Shown: in pieces, positions 29,604 to 32,000 of the stretch | How the letters are laid out: each line of letters opens with the position of its first letter | Position numbering within the stretch: position 1 is the first letter of the stretch | Sequence record: MK250029.1 | DNA from: Prevotella phage Lak-C1 | Length of the DNA stretch: 32,000 nt | Reading direction: 5' to 3' (one strand) | Notes under the pieces: model-generated | Seen by the model: the letters and a program-made list of their open reading frames with translations, nothing else | Told to the model about the DNA's origin: nothing | Database searches by the model: none | Translations under genes and position numbers: made by a program

Positions 29604-32000
29604 TTATATTGCATAACCAGAATTTCCAGTTGATTTATTATCAGAATTTGCATTTTGTTTTGCTTGCCATGCTCTATCCATTGCAGCTTTATCAACATCC
29701 TAAAATTTATGTATATCATCAACTATATATGTATTTCGTTTAGGTTGTTTTATTGATTGCATCTTCATATGTTTATGAGGCGGAATATGAGGCTTATTAT
29801 CCTATAACTTCATATTTTTCTATCTACTTCGTAATTCATCATATGTTGATTCTATAATATCTGCAAGAGATAACATATCTTCTGTACTTATATTATCTAA
29901 TTCATTAACATCTATTGACGTTAATGCTTTTAATTTTTCTGTAAGTTTTTTATCATCTGTAATATTTACTAATTTCATTTCTGGTTTATAATCATTATTA
30001 TCAGTAATATTATCAAATAACATTGCAGAAGGAATATCATCTGTAATAACAGGTTTATTCATTACCATTTCTGATTTTTCATTAACAGATGTATTAGAAA
30101 TAAATGGAATATTTGCAGTTGAACTATTATTAATATTCTATGTCATTTGCATATCAATAATACTTTCATTCTTTAATGGCTTACTCATTACCATCTTTGT
30201 TTTATATTCATTTGCATTTAATTCTGTCATACTCATACCAGGATTATTATCAACAAATTCTGTATGTGTCATCTGCATATTAGGTATAGACGAATCCATA
30301 TTTAATCTTGTCATATCCATATTAGATAATGAAGAATTTGATATTACTTCTGTCATTTTCATACTCGGATTTTCAGTAATCTAATCGATATTAGTCATTT
30401 TCATATCAGATGTAGAAACATTCATATCAAGATGAATCATATCCATATTTGCAATAGATATATCATTATTAGGAGTTGTTAATATCATATCAGGTAATGA
30501 TGTATCAGTTATAGGGTAAATAAAATCCATATCAGAAGTAGAAGTATTCATATCAAGATGTGTCATATCCATATTTGCTATAGATGAATCTTGTATTAAC
30601 TGTAACATCTAACCATTAACAGTAGAATTATTAGATATAAGCTTAGTCATATCCATATTTGCTATAGATACATTCTAATTTAATATTGTCATATCCATAT
30701 TTGGATTTGTCTATTGAGAATTTAACATAACCATATCAGTAGGATTTGTCTAATCTGTAATTTCTACATTATGCATTAATATAGATGGTTTAAATGTTTC
30801 ATTTTCTGTTGGAATTAAACCTGGTTTTGGTTTTGAAAGATACATATCCATTGTTGTCATTTGATTATGTGCCTAAGGTCTTGCATCACCTTCTAATGGT
30901 TGTAAATTATGATGTTCTTTACTAATAGTCTATGGATTATTTACTAATACCATTGATGAATTACTTACATCCTATAATACTGGTATAAATGTCATAGAAT
31001 TATGGTCTGAATTTATATTATTAGTAACTAAATTCATTGATGCATTACTTGTATCTATATATGTTGAATCATTACTCATATTCATATCGTTATGATCCGT
31101 ATTTAATTCAGGCTTTATATACTCCATTGAATTATGTTCTGTATTAATCTATGTTTCTACAAATGCCATTGAATTATGTTCTGTATTCATAACAGGTGAA
31201 ATATAATTCATATCATTATGATCTAAATTCATTTCTGGTTCTACATAATTCTAATAAGACTTACTAAGATTAAATTCTGGTTCCACATAATTATGATGTT
31301 CTTTCTGTAGATTCATTTCTGGTTCTACATAATTCTAATCAGCTTTATCAAGATTAAATTCTGGTTCCACATAACTATGATGATTTTTATGTAAATTCAT
31401 TTCTGGAGAAACATAATTCATATCATTATGAACTAAATTCATTTCTGGAGAAACATAATTCTAATCAGATTTATCAAGATTAAATTCTGGTTCTACATAA
31501 TTATGTTTATTTTTGTCTAAATTCATTTCAGGTGAAACATAATTCTAATCAGCTTTATCTAAATTCATATATGGTTTAATATAATCCATAATACTATGGT
31601 CTAAATTAAACTCAGGCTCAACATATGTTTGATGTGGTTTATTAAGATTAAACTCTGGTTTAATATAATTCTATTTAAATTTATCGAGATTAAATTCTGG
31701 TTTCACATAATTCATATCATTATGATCTAAATTCATTTCTGGTGAAATATAATTCATATCATTATGTTCTAAATTAAATTCTGGAGTTATATAATCATAT
31801 TCTGGTTTATCTAGATTTTCATCAAGCTCAGTATAATTCTATGATATTTTATCTAAGTTTTCATTCAGATGAATATAATTATGTTCAGGTTTTTCAAGAT
31901 TTTTCTAAATAGAAGGATCAATTAATCTAAAACTTGCATCACTTCCAATAATCTGAATTTTTGGTTCTAACTTAGTTACAGATGTATCTATAATACCTGG
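29604..32000 (-). CDS. Repeat-rich, TAG-rich (probably structural) protein; 5' end outside window
   Basis: Code-15 frame open from the right edge to TAA (29604-29606); joins ORFs 30381..30608, 30138..30362 and 29820..30068; ends ...NANSDNKSTGNSGYAI. Confidence 0.8.
31080..31920 (-). repeat. Degenerate 42-bp (14-aa) coding repeats, roughly 20 units (hand estimate)
   Basis: Translated unit like NYVSPEMNLDKNKH: ...DYIKPYMNLDKADQ/NYVSPEMNLDKNKH/NYVEPEFNLDKSDQ/NYVSPEMNLVHNDM/NYVSPEMNLHKNHH/SYVEP... Confidence 0.85.

Noticed and set aside
31080-31920. CRISPR array suggested by regular short repeats
   Set aside because: Repeats are directly adjacent, degenerate, multiples of 3 bp and in frame in a coding sequence; no unique spacers or palindromic repeats.

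Overview
AT-rich 32 kb segment of a large phage, probably infecting a Bacteroidota host. It reads coherently only if TAG is sense (Gln, translation table 15) and TAA/TGA are stops. The supplied standard-code ORF track breaks many genes at TAG; I re-joined them by hand. Left part (1-13.6 kb): structural/packaging genes, TAG-rich, including a large terminase, an N-acetylmuramoyl-L-alanine amidase, a GIY-YIG homing endonuclease and an InlB-like-repeat protein. Middle part (13.6-29.5 kb): essentially TAG-free genes. These include a class II aldolase-like fusion protein, a complete NitT/TauT-type ABC transporter whose binding protein carries a C-terminal OmpA domain, and a phage RF2 (prfB) with no frameshift site and an unusual SPY decoding tripeptide. 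Right end: the 3' part of a very TAG-rich minus-strand gene built from 14-residue (42 bp) repeats. The strongest unusual element is a tRNA-Leu(UAA) at 23382-24115 that appears to be cut by two group I introns, one in the D-loop (about 308 nt) and one in the anticodon loop (about 340 nt). Precise excision gives an 86-nt class II cloverleaf. Most other genes have no recognisable function from sequence alone.
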